A stretch of 64,000 nt of DNA from Candidatus Hermodarchaeota archaeon (GCA_048885535.1 JBHLLO010000002.1:31081-95080), one strand, 5' to 3'. Numbered from the stretch's first letter, positions 30,136 through 40,203 are shown. Notes: a model not told the origin generated them from the letters alone. Numbers and translations are program-made.

Positions 30136-30220
30136 TGCAGGGAGAGGGATTTGAACCCTCGAACTCCTATGAGACTAGAGCCTCGGTCTAGCACCGTTGA
30201 CCAGGCTTGGCTACCCCTGC
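30136..30220 (-). tRNA. tRNA-Leu(GAG)
   Basis: Cloverleaf GCAGGGG/TCCCTGC-A, anticodon arm CTAGA-CCGAGGC-TCTAG, long variable arm, T arm GAGGG-TTCAAAT-CCCTC; no encoded CCA. Confidence 0.92.
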
Positions 30221-30430
30221 CAAGATTGAATTTTGAAATCAGTCTAATAGGATAAATTAATACTAATTATCATTATAAATTAATGAAATAAAGTTTTGGA
30301 GATTTTAAAAATTTATTTTATCTTTTTCTTTTTGTTTCAAAAAGATTTTTATTAGAACATAGTTAACTAGTTATATAATTTATAAGATTCTTATTTCAAT
30401 ATCCTCAAATTGCAAAAAGAGTTGTAGATA

Positions 30431-31444
30431 TTGTCAGTTGACACAAAAAAATTGAAAGCTTTGTTGCAATGGTATTCACAAAGTATCGGGGACGATTTAG
30501 TTGCAGCTCTTGTGGTAAATAGACAGGGATTGGTTATTGATGCTCTCTCAAAATCATCAGAAAAAACTCTAGATGAAGAGATTTTGGGAGGAGTTAGTGC
30601 ATTGGTTGAGCCGGTATTAACAAGAATCACCGAAGAGTTTAGTTCTGGCTCTTTTGGAACAGGTACTTTTGATACTGAGGATTATAGGTTGATTTTTTGT
30701 GAAGCTGGACCAGAAGCAGTGTTTGTAACAATTTTAGATGCTATTGCTGGTGTAGATCCAATATTTCCTTATGCTTATTTAACCGCAGAAAAAATTGCTA
30801 GGATTTTTGACGGGAGATCTGTAAGCCCTGTAATTCCAAAATTGATAACAAAAGAAGATTCTAAAAATATCCAAAGAAAAGTAGATAAACTTCAAAAAGT
30901 TAAAGCAAAGTCTGGTGAATATGCTTTCAAGTTAATTTTGGGAGGAGATGGTAACGTTGGAAAAACTAGTATGGTACACAGATTTGTTGAGAATACTTTT
31001 GCTCAGGATTATAAATCTACTATTGGAACTTCAATTATGAAAAAAGAATGCAACTTTGAAGGACTTAAGAGCTCTGTACGATTTATCATTTGGGATTTAG
31101 CTGGACAAGCTCAATTCAAAAGAGTTCGGTTATCTTATTTAGCTAATGCCGAAGCAGGAATTTTAGTCTTTGATGTGACAAATATAACATCTTATGAAAA
31201 TCTTGTAAATTGGTTTAACGAGATAAATAGAGCCTCACCAGACATTTCATTAATTCTAGTTGGTAATAAAATTGATTTAAAAAATAAAAGAGAAGTTTCA
31301 ACTGAGGACGGTGAAGAAATTGCTAAGAAACTTAATTTATCTTATATTGAAACTTCAGCAAAAACGGGAGAAAATATTAATGACGCTTTTAGGACACTAG
31401 CTCTACAAATGATAAAAAAATATTTAACAACTGAAGATATGTAA
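30431..31444 (+). CDS. Roadblock/LC7 domain - Rab-like small GTPase fusion
   Basis: N-terminal LVAALVVNRQGLVI roadblock pattern; GDGNVGKT, YKSTIG, WDLAGQ, GNKID, ETSAKTG. Confidence 0.9.
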   Translation: MSVDTKKLKALLQWYSQSIGDDLVAALVVNRQGLVIDALSKSSEKTLDEEILGGVSALVEPVLTRITEEFSSGSFGTGTFDTEDYRLIFCEAGPEAVFVTILDAIAGVDPIFPYAYLTAEKIARIFDGRSVSPVIPKLITKEDSKNIQRKVDKLQKVKAKSGEYAFKLILGGDGNVGKTSMVHRFVENTFAQDYKSTIGTSIMKKECNFEGLKSSVRFIIWDLAGQAQFKRVRLSYLANAEAGILVFDVTNITSYENLVNWFNEINRASPDISLILVGNKIDLKNKREVSTEDGEEIAKKLNLSYIETSAKTGENINDAFRTLALQMIKKYLTTEDM

Positions 31445-31448
31445 TTAA

Positions 31449-31549
31449 AGCCTCTGGGGGGATTTGAACCCCCGACCTATTCATCCTTATGGATTATCTC
31501 CAATTCGACTGATTACGAATCAGTTGCTCTACCACTAAGCCACAGAGGC
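31449..31549 (-). tRNA. tRNA-Thr(CGT) with a 29-nt insertion at a non-canonical position
   Basis: GCCTCTG/CAGAGGC-T acceptor, ACTGA-TTCGTAA-TCAGT anticodon arm, AGGTC, GGGGG-TTCAAAT-CCCCC; removing 31479..31507 gives a 72-nt cloverleaf. Confidence 0.88.
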
Positions 31550-31600
31550 CAAAAATTTGACTAATTAAATATAAATTTAAGAAATAATAAAATTTTTCTG

Positions 31601-32608
31601 ATGAATGATAAAAAATTTATGGGATCTATAGGAGAATCAAAAATCATTGAACGAATAGGAGAGTTAATTTTAAAGACAACTGGTAAGAAACTACTCTTTG
31701 ATGATAGCTTCTTTTTTGCTTGTAAAAAGAAACATTGTCTAGTTTCGAATTCTGATATGTTCGTATCCACAACTGATGCTCCAAAACAGATGAATTTTTA
31801 TCAAATGGGACGTAAGTCTGTTCTAATGAATATTAGTGATTTAATGACTAAAGGCGTACAACCTAAGGCAATCATCATCTCACTAGGCATCCCAAAAGAT
31901 TTGAGTATCAGTGACTTCGATCAATTAATGAACGGTATTATTACATACTGTAAAAAGTGGAATGTCGAATATATTGGTGGGGATATTAATGAAACAAAAG
32001 AATTAATCATAAGCCCTACTATTTTTGGTTTTAAAAATCCTTCAAATATATTATTTAGAGAAGGAATAGAAACAGGGGATGTTCTAATAATTAATAACAA
32101 ATTTGGTTTAACAGGAGTAGGATTTGATATACTTTTAAGAAAAGGTGGTACATTAGAGGATTACCCACAATATGAGAGGGCAATATTAAGTGTTTTAGAA
32201 CCAAATGATCCTGGGAATGAAGGATGCATTTTAGCCAACAATAGTTTAGCCACTTCAAGTATAGATTCATCAGATGGTTTAGCAAGATCCTTGAGAGAAT
32301 TAATGCTATCTAATCCTCAGTTTGGATTTGAAATTACATATAGTGATGATTTAGTTGATAAGGAGGCAGTAAATTACTGTATAAACTACAATATTCCATT
32401 AGAACAAGTAATATTTGAGGGGGGAGAGGAGTTTATTCAAATTTTTACAATTAACGCAAATAAATATGAAAAAGCTCAAAAAAAGGTTAAAATGGCAGGT
32501 GGGCAGTTAATAAAAGTAGGAAATGTCATCTCTATAGGAAAAATATTTTTTAAAAAGAATAATACCAAGATAGAATTAAAAAGACAGGGTTTCGAGCATT
32601 TTGTATAA
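31601..32608 (+). CDS. thiL: Thiamine-monophosphate kinase
   Basis: MNISDL, IGGD, DSSDGL, GGEEF, GFEHF. Confidence 0.93.
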   Translation: MNDKKFMGSIGESKIIERIGELILKTTGKKLLFDDSFFFACKKKHCLVSNSDMFVSTTDAPKQMNFYQMGRKSVLMNISDLMTKGVQPKAIIISLGIPKDLSISDFDQLMNGIITYCKKWNVEYIGGDINETKELIISPTIFGFKNPSNILFREGIETGDVLIINNKFGLTGVGFDILLRKGGTLEDYPQYERAILSVLEPNDPGNEGCILANNSLATSSIDSSDGLARSLRELMLSNPQFGFEITYSDDLVDKEAVNYCINYNIPLEQVIFEGGEEFIQIFTINANKYEKAQKKVKMAGGQLIKVGNVISIGKIFFKKNNTKIELKRQGFEHFV

Positions 32609-32727
32609 TTTTAAAAAAGATTTTTCTTTCGAAAAAATACACAGAAAAAATTTTATACTATTATAGATTTGTAAAATTGTAATTATAGTTAAAACATAAT
32701 AATTTATCTTTAACAAAATTACTGGTA

Positions 32728-32801
32728 GGGCTATTAGCGCAGACAGGTAGCGCAGCAGGCTTTTAACCTGAAGGTCGGGGGTTCGAATCCCCCATAGCCC
32801 G
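32728..32801 (+). tRNA. tRNA-Lys(TTT)
   Basis: GGGCTAT/ATAGCCC-G acceptor, CAGG-CTTTTAA-CCTG, GGGGG-TTCGAAT-CCCCC. Confidence 0.95.
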
Positions 32802-32934
32802 TATTATTTAATATATATAAAAAATCATTAATAATCATACTTTTTTTTATTTCTTTTTTACTTAAAATCAATAAAAATAAAATTTTACTCTACTCTAATT
32901 TAATTATCGAAAATAGATTTTTGATTATTTTAAA

Positions 32935-33942
32935 ATGGAAAATTCTAAGTTACCATCAGATGATCCTGAGCAATTATTAATTAAATCTGAAGATAATACG
33001 GATTATAAATATGGTTGTGATCCAGAAAAACGAAAAATTGATGATTTACTAAAGTATGGAGTAATTAATTTAGATAAACCTAAAGGTCCGACAAGTCATG
33101 AAATAGTCTCATGGGTCCGAAAAATATTAGCCATTTCTAATGCAGGTCATGGTGGTACATTAGATCCTAAAGTTACTGGAATTCTTCCATGTGCACTTGG
33201 AAGAGCAACTCGCGCTTTAGCTGCCTTACTAGATGTTGGTAAAGAATATGTAGGGATAATGTATTTACATAGCCTTGAACCAAAAAAAAAAATTGAAAAG
33301 GCATTTCAAATCTTTACAGGGAAGATTTATCAAACACCGCCTTTAAAATCTTCTGTTGTTAGGAGATTAAGAATTAGAGAGATATATTACAGCAAAGTGC
33401 TTGATGTAAATGAAAATTACGTTCTATTTAAAGTAGGTTGTGAGGCGGGAACTTACATACGTAAGCTATGTTTTGATATAGGTGAAGCATTATGTTCAGG
33501 AGCCCATATGCTTGAGTTAAGAAGAACTAGAGTAGGCAACTTCCGAGAAGATGATACTCTTGTGACTTTACAAAATGTAAAAGATGCTGTTACTATATAT
33601 AGAAATGAGGGTGATGAATATTATTTCAGGAAGGTTATCCTCCCAATGGAAAGTATGGTTTCTCATTTTCCTAAAATATTTATTAGAGATACTGCTGTTG
33701 ATGCAATATGTCATGGTGCTGATCTTGCTGCCGCAGGAGTTTGTTATATTGATGCGAAGATTAAAACAGGAGGTTTAGTGGTCTTAATGACTCTTAAGAA
33801 GGAATTAATTGGATTTGGAATTGCTAAAATGGGTGCAATGAAGATATTCAAAGCAAAATCAGGGATTGTAGTAGAAACAAATAAAATCCTTATGGAACGT
33901 GGCATTTATCCTCACTGGAGTGAATCAAAGGCTAAAAAGTGA
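32935..33942 (+). CDS. cbf5: H/ACA pseudouridine synthase Cbf5
   Basis: NLDKPKGPTSHE, GHGGTLDPKVTG, CEAGTYIRKL, C-terminal PUA domain. Confidence 0.97.
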   Translation: MENSKLPSDDPEQLLIKSEDNTDYKYGCDPEKRKIDDLLKYGVINLDKPKGPTSHEIVSWVRKILAISNAGHGGTLDPKVTGILPCALGRATRALAALLDVGKEYVGIMYLHSLEPKKKIEKAFQIFTGKIYQTPPLKSSVVRRLRIREIYYSKVLDVNENYVLFKVGCEAGTYIRKLCFDIGEALCSGAHMLELRRTRVGNFREDDTLVTLQNVKDAVTIYRNEGDEYYFRKVILPMESMVSHFPKIFIRDTAVDAICHGADLAAAGVCYIDAKIKTGGLVVLMTLKKELIGFGIAKMGAMKIFKAKSGIVVETNKILMERGIYPHWSESKAKK

Positions 33943-33950
33943 AATAAAAA

Positions 33951-34583
33951 ATGAATAATAAAAATCAACACTATTACAGTGCCTTTCCAGATTCAAAAGT
34001 CAAATTTCATTCTATTTCGGTAAGTCTAAGGCGTCACTTATATATATTTAAAACAATTTCAGGAGTATTTGCGTATAAAAAGTTGGATTTAGGTACAAAA
34101 ATCTTAGTTGAAAATATGATGATTCCTCAGCAACCTGGTAATTTCATAGACCTAGGATGTGGGTATGGGGTTATCGGGATTGTTTTAGCATATGAATCTC
34201 CCTTAAGCATAATTTATTTAGTTGATGTAAATAAAAGAGCTATTTGGTGTACCAAAGAAAACATTAAGTTAAATTTGCCTGAAAGCAAAAATCGTGTTTC
34301 TGTTTTACGTGGGAATTATTTTGAACCAATTAAAGATAGAGGGATACTGTTTGATGGAATTTTTATGAATCCCGCCTTAAGACAAGGAAGAAAGACATTT
34401 TTAAATCTTTTTAAGGAGATAGTTTGCTATTTAAAATTAAATGGTAGTTTTCAATTTGTAATCAGGAGAAAAATGGGAGCGGATTATGTCCTAAATTATT
34501 TAAGAGCCAAATATCCTGAGGAAAGTGTCATTGTATTATGTAAGCAGAGTGGATATTGGGTTTTTATGTTCACTAAGCGATAA
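33951..34583 (+). CDS. Class I SAM-dependent methyltransferase (RsmC/MTS-like)
   Basis: GVFAYKKLDLGT, DLGCGYGVIG, VDVNKRA, MNPALRQG. Confidence 0.9.
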   Translation: MNNKNQHYYSAFPDSKVKFHSISVSLRRHLYIFKTISGVFAYKKLDLGTKILVENMMIPQQPGNFIDLGCGYGVIGIVLAYESPLSIIYLVDVNKRAIWCTKENIKLNLPESKNRVSVLRGNYFEPIKDRGILFDGIFMNPALRQGRKTFLNLFKEIVCYLKLNGSFQFVIRRKMGADYVLNYLRAKYPEESVIVLCKQSGYWVFMFTKR

Positions 34584-34691
34584 GTTAAAATAAATTTTTG
34601 ATAAGTGATAGAGATGTTCATTATAAATAGTAAAATTTTTTAGAAATCTCCCCCTTTTTATTATTAATTTGTTAGAGAAGAGGATTTTTTC

Positions 34692-34949
34692 TTGACAAAA
34701 AAACGTAAAATTGATGTCTTACTTCATGAGTTAGTTCCTAAACACCAACTTCTAACTAAAGAAGAATCGCAGAAACTCTTAGAAAGATACAAAATCGGGG
34801 TAATAGATTTACCCCAGATGTCCGAAAAGGATCCAGTGGCAATTGCTATTGGAGCCAAAGAAGGAGATATAGTTAAAATTATAAGAGATTCTCATACGAC
34901 TGTAAAACTCATTAATTATTATAGGTATGTTACAAAAGAAAAAGTCTAA
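34692..34949 (+). CDS. rpoH: RNA polymerase subunit Rpo5 (H)
   Basis: HELVPKH, LPQM...DPVA, GDIVKIIRDS; TTG start after GAGGA. Confidence 0.96.
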   Translation: MTKKRKIDVLLHELVPKHQLLTKEESQKLLERYKIGVIDLPQMSEKDPVAIAIGAKEGDIVKIIRDSHTTVKLINYYRYVTKEKV

Positions 34950-34995
34950 CAATCAAATTAGTCTACGTGTGAAATTAATAAGGAGTTAAGTAAAA

Positions 34996-37900
34996 TTGAG
35001 TTCTGAATATTTATCTAATAATGACAAATGGGTTGTCTTAAAAAGTCTATTTGACGAAAAAGGCTTAGTTCGTCAACATTTAGATTCATATAATAATTTC
35101 ATCGAGCATGAAATGCAAGAAATTGTCGATGAATCAGGAGAAGTTATTCCAGACATTCCAGGTTTTAAGATAAAATTTGGTAAAATTAAAGTGGGTGTCC
35201 CTAAAGTTAGGGAAGCTGATGGAGCAACAATGGAAATAACTCCAATCGAAGCCAGAATCAGAGAATTAAGTTATGCAGCAGATATAACTTTGGAAATGAC
35301 ACCAATTACTATTGATGAGCGTACTCAAAGGGAAGAAGCTGAAGAAACATTGGAGATATATATTGGAAAAATCCCTATAATGTTAAAAAGCTGCAGATGT
35401 CCTTTGGAGAATCTCTCTGAACAAGAATTAATTAATAGGGGAGAGGATCCTTTAGATCCGGGAGGATATTTTATTATAAACGGAACTGAACGTGTTCTTG
35501 TTACCCAAGAGGATTTAGCTCCAAATAGAATTCTTGCTGAAGAAGCAAGCAGAAGTTCCAGTGCAACTCATCAAGCGAAAGTTTTTTCTACTCGAAGTGG
35601 GTTCAGAGCCCCTGTTACAATTGAAAGAAAGAAAGATGGTAATTTAAGAGTATCATTCCCCTCAGTTCCGGGAAAGATTCCTCTAGCAATTCTTATGCGG
35701 GCTTTAGGTTTACACTCAGATAGAGAAATTTTTGAGGCTATATCTGAAAATGAAGAAATTCAGAAAGAATTAATTCCTGTAATAGATGTTGCTTCTGAAA
35801 TTCAGGTATTGAAGGATGCTGAGAAATCTCAACAAAACGCTTTGGATTATATTGGAAAAAGAGTAGCTATTGGGCAAACAAAAGATTATCGTATTCGACG
35901 TGCCCTTCAAGTTTTGGATAGATATCTTTTACCCCATATTGGTAATTCTGAAGAAGACAGAATAAAAAAGGCTTATTATTTGGGACAAATGGCTCAAAAA
36001 GTTATGGAACTCGCTTTAGGTTTGAGAGAACCAGATGATAAGGATCATTATGCGAATAAAAGGTTAAAATTAGCTGGAGAATTATTTACTTCATTATTCA
36101 GAGTTGCTTTCTTAAATCTAGTAAAAGATATAAAGTATCAATTAGAAAGAACTGCTGTAAGAGGGAGAGCTCCTAACATAAAGACGGCAGTAAGAGCTGA
36201 CGTAATTACAGAAAGAATAAGACATGCGTTAGCAACTGGAAATTGGGTAGGTGGAAAAGCGGGAGTTAGCCAATTATTAAATAGAACTAACCATGTTGGA
36301 ACATTAAGCCATTTAAGGAGAGTAATATCCCCTTTAAGTCGAAGTCAACCTCATTTTGAAGCTAGAGACTTACACCCTACTCAATGGGGCAAAATTTGTC
36401 CTGCTGAAACCCCAGAGGGCCCGAATTGTGGCTTAGTAAAAAATCTTGGTTTAGCATCAATTATCTCGGTTGGAGCTGATGAGAGAATTATTGAAAATAT
36501 CCTGATTGATTTAGGAGTTATACCCATAAATGAGGTTAAGAATGTTAAGGGTTCAAAAGTAAAAGTGTTTTTAAATGGAAAACTAGTAGGTATCCACCAG
36601 AAACATAACCCATTCATCAACCAACTTAGAGAAAAGAGGAGGAAAGGAGAAATTGGTCAACATGTAAATATTGGATATTATCATGAGTCAAAAGAAATTC
36701 AAATTAACTGTGATGCGGGGAGAGCAACTAGACCTTTATTTGTCATAAAAAATAAAAAATTACTTATCTCAAAAGAGGATATTGAGAAGCTTAGACAAGG
36801 AAAGTTTTTATGGTCAGATTTGATCCAGAAAGGTGTAATTGAATATTTAGATGCTGAAGAAGAGGAAAACGCTTACATTGCTATGTTTGAAGAAGATATA
36901 ACAGCTGAACATACTCATATGGAGATTTCACCAGCAGCTATTTTAGGAATTTGTGCTTCAATTATTCCCTTCCCTGAACATAATCAATCTCCTAGAAATA
37001 CTTATGAAGCAGGAATGGTAAAACAAGCATTAGGTTTGTTTGCTGCTAATATGCACTTAAGACTTGATACAAGGGGACATACACTTCATTATCCTCAACA
37101 GCCTTTAGTTAAAACAAGCCCAATGGAAATTATTGGTATAAATAAAAGACCTGCTGGCCAAAATTTCATTATTGCAATGATGAGTTATGAGGGTTTCAAT
37201 ATTGAAGATGCTATTATTATCAATAAAGCTTCTATAAATCGTGGATTAGCTCGAAGTCATTTTTTCAGAACATATGATGCTGAAGAAAGAAAATATCCTG
37301 GCGGCGAAGTTGATAAATTCGAAATCCCAGAAAGAGGTGTTAGAGGATTCAAGTCAGCAGAGTCATATAGATTGTTATCTGAAGATGATGGAATAATCGA
37401 ACCTGAAACAACAGTTAATGGAGGAGATGTTTTAATTGGTAGGACATCTCCACCAAGATTTATTAAATCCTACGAAGAGTTTGAGTTAATGCAACCTAAT
37501 AGGAGAGAGACTTCTAAGAATATGAGACACAATGAAAAAGGAATAGTAGACACCGTAATAATATCAGAAACTGTGGACGGTAATAAGTTAGTCAAGATAA
37601 AAGTTAGGGATTTAAGAATTCCAGAATTAGGAGATAAATTCTCTTCCCGTCATGGTCAAAAAGGAGTACTTGGATTAATTCAACCTCAGGAGGATATGCC
37701 ATTTACATCTTCCGGTGTTATTCCAGATATTATTGTTAATCCTCATGCGATGCCATCAAGAATGACATTGGGGCAACTATTTGAAGGGATTAGTGGAAAA
37801 ATAGCAAGTACAACTGGTAAATTGGGTGATGCAACTGCATTTGAATGGAAAGATATTACTGAATTACAGGAACAATTAGTTGAGGCAGGTTTCGAGTTTA

Positions 37901-38367
37901 ATGGAAGAGAGATCATGTATAACGGAATTACTGGTGAAAAATATGAGGCAGGGATTTATTGTGCTCCTATTTATTACCAAAAGTTATATCACCTCGTGGC
38001 AGATAAACTTCATGCCAGAGCTAGAGGCCCAGTTCAAATATTAACAAGACAACCAACAGAGGGTCGTGCACGCGAGGGAGGGCTTCGTTTTGGAGAAATG
38101 GAACGAGATTGCCTAGTCGGTCACGGATCCGCATTATTATTAAAAGAACGACTACTTGATGAGTCTGATAAAACAGTTATTTTAGTTTGTGAAAAATGTG
38201 GTTTATTAGCAACGTATGATAGAAATAGAGATAAACGATATTGTCCAGTTTGCGGTGAAGGAACAATTATTTCAAAAGTGGTTTGTTCTTATGCATTTAA
38301 ATTGCTTCTACAGGAAATGATGAGTTTAGGATTAGCACCTAGACTTAAATTAAAGGAAAAGATTTAG
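34996..38367 (+). CDS. rpoB: RNA polymerase subunit Rpo2 (B), unsplit
   Basis: GYFIINGTER, ETPEG, GDKFSSRHGQKG, RFGEMERD, C-terminal Zn finger. Confidence 0.99.
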   Translation: MSSEYLSNNDKWVVLKSLFDEKGLVRQHLDSYNNFIEHEMQEIVDESGEVIPDIPGFKIKFGKIKVGVPKVREADGATMEITPIEARIRELSYAADITLEMTPITIDERTQREEAEETLEIYIGKIPIMLKSCRCPLENLSEQELINRGEDPLDPGGYFIINGTERVLVTQEDLAPNRILAEEASRSSSATHQAKVFSTRSGFRAPVTIERKKDGNLRVSFPSVPGKIPLAILMRALGLHSDREIFEAISENEEIQKELIPVIDVASEIQVLKDAEKSQQNALDYIGKRVAIGQTKDYRIRRALQVLDRYLLPHIGNSEEDRIKKAYYLGQMAQKVMELALGLREPDDKDHYANKRLKLAGELFTSLFRVAFLNLVKDIKYQLERTAVRGRAPNIKTAVRADVITERIRHALATGNWVGGKAGVSQLLNRTNHVGTLSHLRRVISPLSRSQPHFEARDLHPTQWGKICPAETPEGPNCGLVKNLGLASIISVGADERIIENILIDLGVIPINEVKNVKGSKVKVFLNGKLVGIHQKHNPFINQLREKRRKGEIGQHVNIGYYHESKEIQINCDAGRATRPLFVIKNKKLLISKEDIEKLRQGKFLWSDLIQKGVIEYLDAEEEENAYIAMFEEDITAEHTHMEISPAAILGICASIIPFPEHNQSPRNTYEAGMVKQALGLFAANMHLRLDTRGHTLHYPQQPLVKTSPMEIIGINKRPAGQNFIIAMMSYEGFNIEDAIIINKASINRGLARSHFFRTYDAEERKYPGGEVDKFEIPERGVRGFKSAESYRLLSEDDGIIEPETTVNGGDVLIGRTSPPRFIKSYEEFELMQPNRRETSKNMRHNEKGIVDTVIISETVDGNKLVKIKVRDLRIPELGDKFSSRHGQKGVLGLIQPQEDMPFTSSGVIPDIIVNPHAMPSRMTLGQLFEGISGKIASTTGKLGDATAFEWKDITELQEQLVEAGFEFNGREIMYNGITGEKYEAGIYCAPIYYQKLYHLVADKLHARARGPVQILTRQPTEGRAREGGLRFGEMERDCLVGHGSALLLKERLLDESDKTVILVCEKCGLLATYDRNRDKRYCPVCGEGTIISKVVCSYAFKLLLQEMMSLGLAPRLKLKEKI

Positions 38368-38442
38368 TTATCAAATTATTAATTAACTCATTTTAATTTG
38401 AGATTCTTTTAATTAAAAATAAAAAAAAATAGGATTAAATTC

Positions 38443-38862
38443 TTATAAGGTAAAACCTAGAAATTGTGCGAATCCTGGAATCATTGTATATAATAGAAAT
38501 AAAATAAACAATGTTAATAGAGAAATCCATACTGAATTATCCCATTGGACATCAAGTAAGTATTTTGTTAAGACTAAAATTATTAAAAAACCAATTACAG
38601 TTGTCAATAATGGTAAATAATTAGTTCCGCTAAAAGCAATGTAAGTCCCAATTACACTCAACACAGTATTAATTGCTCCAAATACAATGGGTAATACTAA
38701 TACAAATATCAGTGCTAATAAAATGATTAGGAATTTTTTATCAGATGCTTTTGTTTTTGAAACTATCAGTATAACAGCAATATAAAGTATTAAAGTTACG
38801 ATTACAGTAGCTAGCACTAACCACAAAATAAAGAAAAGAGTTTGTTCCCACTGAAATAACAT
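38443..38862 (-). CDS. Four-TM membrane protein
   Basis: Four hydrophobic segments. Confidence 0.8.
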   Translation of the reverse strand: MLFQWEQTLFFILWLVLATVIVTLILYIAVILIVSKTKASDKKFLIILLALIFVLVLPIVFGAINTVLSVIGTYIAFSGTNYLPLLTTVIGFLIILVLTKYLLDVQWDNSVWISLLTLFILFLLYTMIPGFAQFLGFTL

Positions 38863-39002
38863 ATTTTTCCACTCTAATTAATTAAATAAGCAATTGATTA
38901 AAGAATTAAGAATATTATAATTTCTTCTTTTTTAAACCTTAAGAATTCTCCTCCAAAATCGTTTAAGCCTTTCTGGTGTAGGAATAACGTATTTAGTAAT
39001 TA

Positions 39003-39230
39003 TTAAATTCCAAAATTAAGCAGGAAAAAATGAATTGAAAAGCCTAAAAATACCGCTGCAATGACAATCGCGAGTAATGAAAGCCTAATCGATATCTCTC
39101 TGCCATATCTAGTATATACGATTAAAATCGTTATAGCAATTAATCCCACGACTAAGAAAATCCATGCTAATATCCATAATGTTAATGATGGTACTTCAAA
39201 TTGAGTATCTTGGAAAATCATAAGGAACAT
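39003..39230 (-). CDS. Small two-TM membrane protein
   Basis: Two hydrophobic helices. Confidence 0.7.
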   Translation of the reverse strand: MFLMIFQDTQFEVPSLTLWILAWIFLVVGLIAITILIVYTRYGREISIRLSLLAIVIAAVFLGFSIHFFLLNFGI

Positions 39231-39313
39231 TGATATTAATTAATATTTTTCTAAACTTGTTATTATCAAATTCTTCATTTTTTTTTAATTTTTGCAAGTT
39301 TTTTTTGAATTTA

Positions 39314-39366
39314 TAAAATTTCAAAATTTAACTGTAAAATTTCAAATTTTAACGTTAAAATTTAAA
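39314..39366. repeat. 21-bp imperfect tandem repeat (~2.5 copies) containing a 20-bp palindrome
   Basis: TAAAATTTCAAAATTTAACTG / TAAAATTTCAAATTTTAACGT / TAAAATTTAAA; palindrome AAATTTTAACGTTAAAATTT at 39344..39363. Confidence 0.6.
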
Positions 39367-39420
39367 GAGATGAACTTTTTAATAAAATTATTAGATCATC
39401 AAATCAGATGAATTTTAAAA

Positions 39421-40203
39421 ATGCACTTTCTAAAACAAATAGTTGAAACACCCATATTAGAGAAACCCTCTGAGAATTATATGAATGTTCATCGCCACTT
39501 TTATAGATATTCCAGAGGTGATTTCACAGGTCCAGCATTGAAGATTTCAAAAACGAGTGCAAAAATTACTTTAAAAGGATCACATGAATATGAAGATTTA
39601 ATTTTGGAACTTACGACAAGATCAATTTCTAATCCTAATGAAGAATTTGTGATTAAAGGCAATTTAGTTACGGGAACCGACATTCATGAGCAGTTATCTC
39701 AGTTAGGATTAAATTGGGATTTAAAATTGTCAACTGGAAAAACCAGAAATTATAAATCAGAAATTAATGATATGATAAAGAAAGAGAAACTATTGAAAAT
39801 TATTGATCCTTTAAGAGCAACTAGTTATCTTTTACTGTCTTTTAATATCAACCCGAATTGCAAATTAACTACCAAAAAAAATATTCCGCAACCATCTAAA
39901 AAGAAAGTAGAGGATGATGATGTAAATAAAAGAATTCAATTTTGTACAGGTTATTTGATTAATAAAGGTAACAATATAAATCATATTTTAGATTCTGCTC
40001 TTTATGATTTTAAAACTGAAATTCCTATTAAATGGAAAGCAATTACAATCTTAAATTATTATAAGATTAACGATATAATATTACCAAAAGATGTCAAAGA
40101 TTCCAAAGTTTTAAGGATAATGGCAATCAGAAAGGGTGTTCTTATGCGTTCTGTAGATATAGATGGTGATTTAATTGAAAAGCAATATAAGATAGTTGTT
40201 TAA
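39421..40203 (+). CDS. Hypothetical archaeal protein
   Basis: 260-aa ORF; VHRHFYRYSRGDFTGPAL and AIRKG segments. Confidence 0.8.
   Translation: MHFLKQIVETPILEKPSENYMNVHRHFYRYSRGDFTGPALKISKTSAKITLKGSHEYEDLILELTTRSISNPNEEFVIKGNLVTGTDIHEQLSQLGLNWDLKLSTGKTRNYKSEINDMIKKEKLLKIIDPLRATSYLLLSFNINPNCKLTTKKNIPQPSKKKVEDDDVNKRIQFCTGYLINKGNNINHILDSALYDFKTEIPIKWKAITILNYYKINDIILPKDVKDSKVLRIMAIRKGVLMRSVDIDGDLIEKQYKIVV

Noticed and set aside
30136-31549. Integrated element between tRNA-Leu and tRNA-Thr
   Set aside because: No integrase and no duplicated tRNA 3' end (att site); only one host-type gene inside
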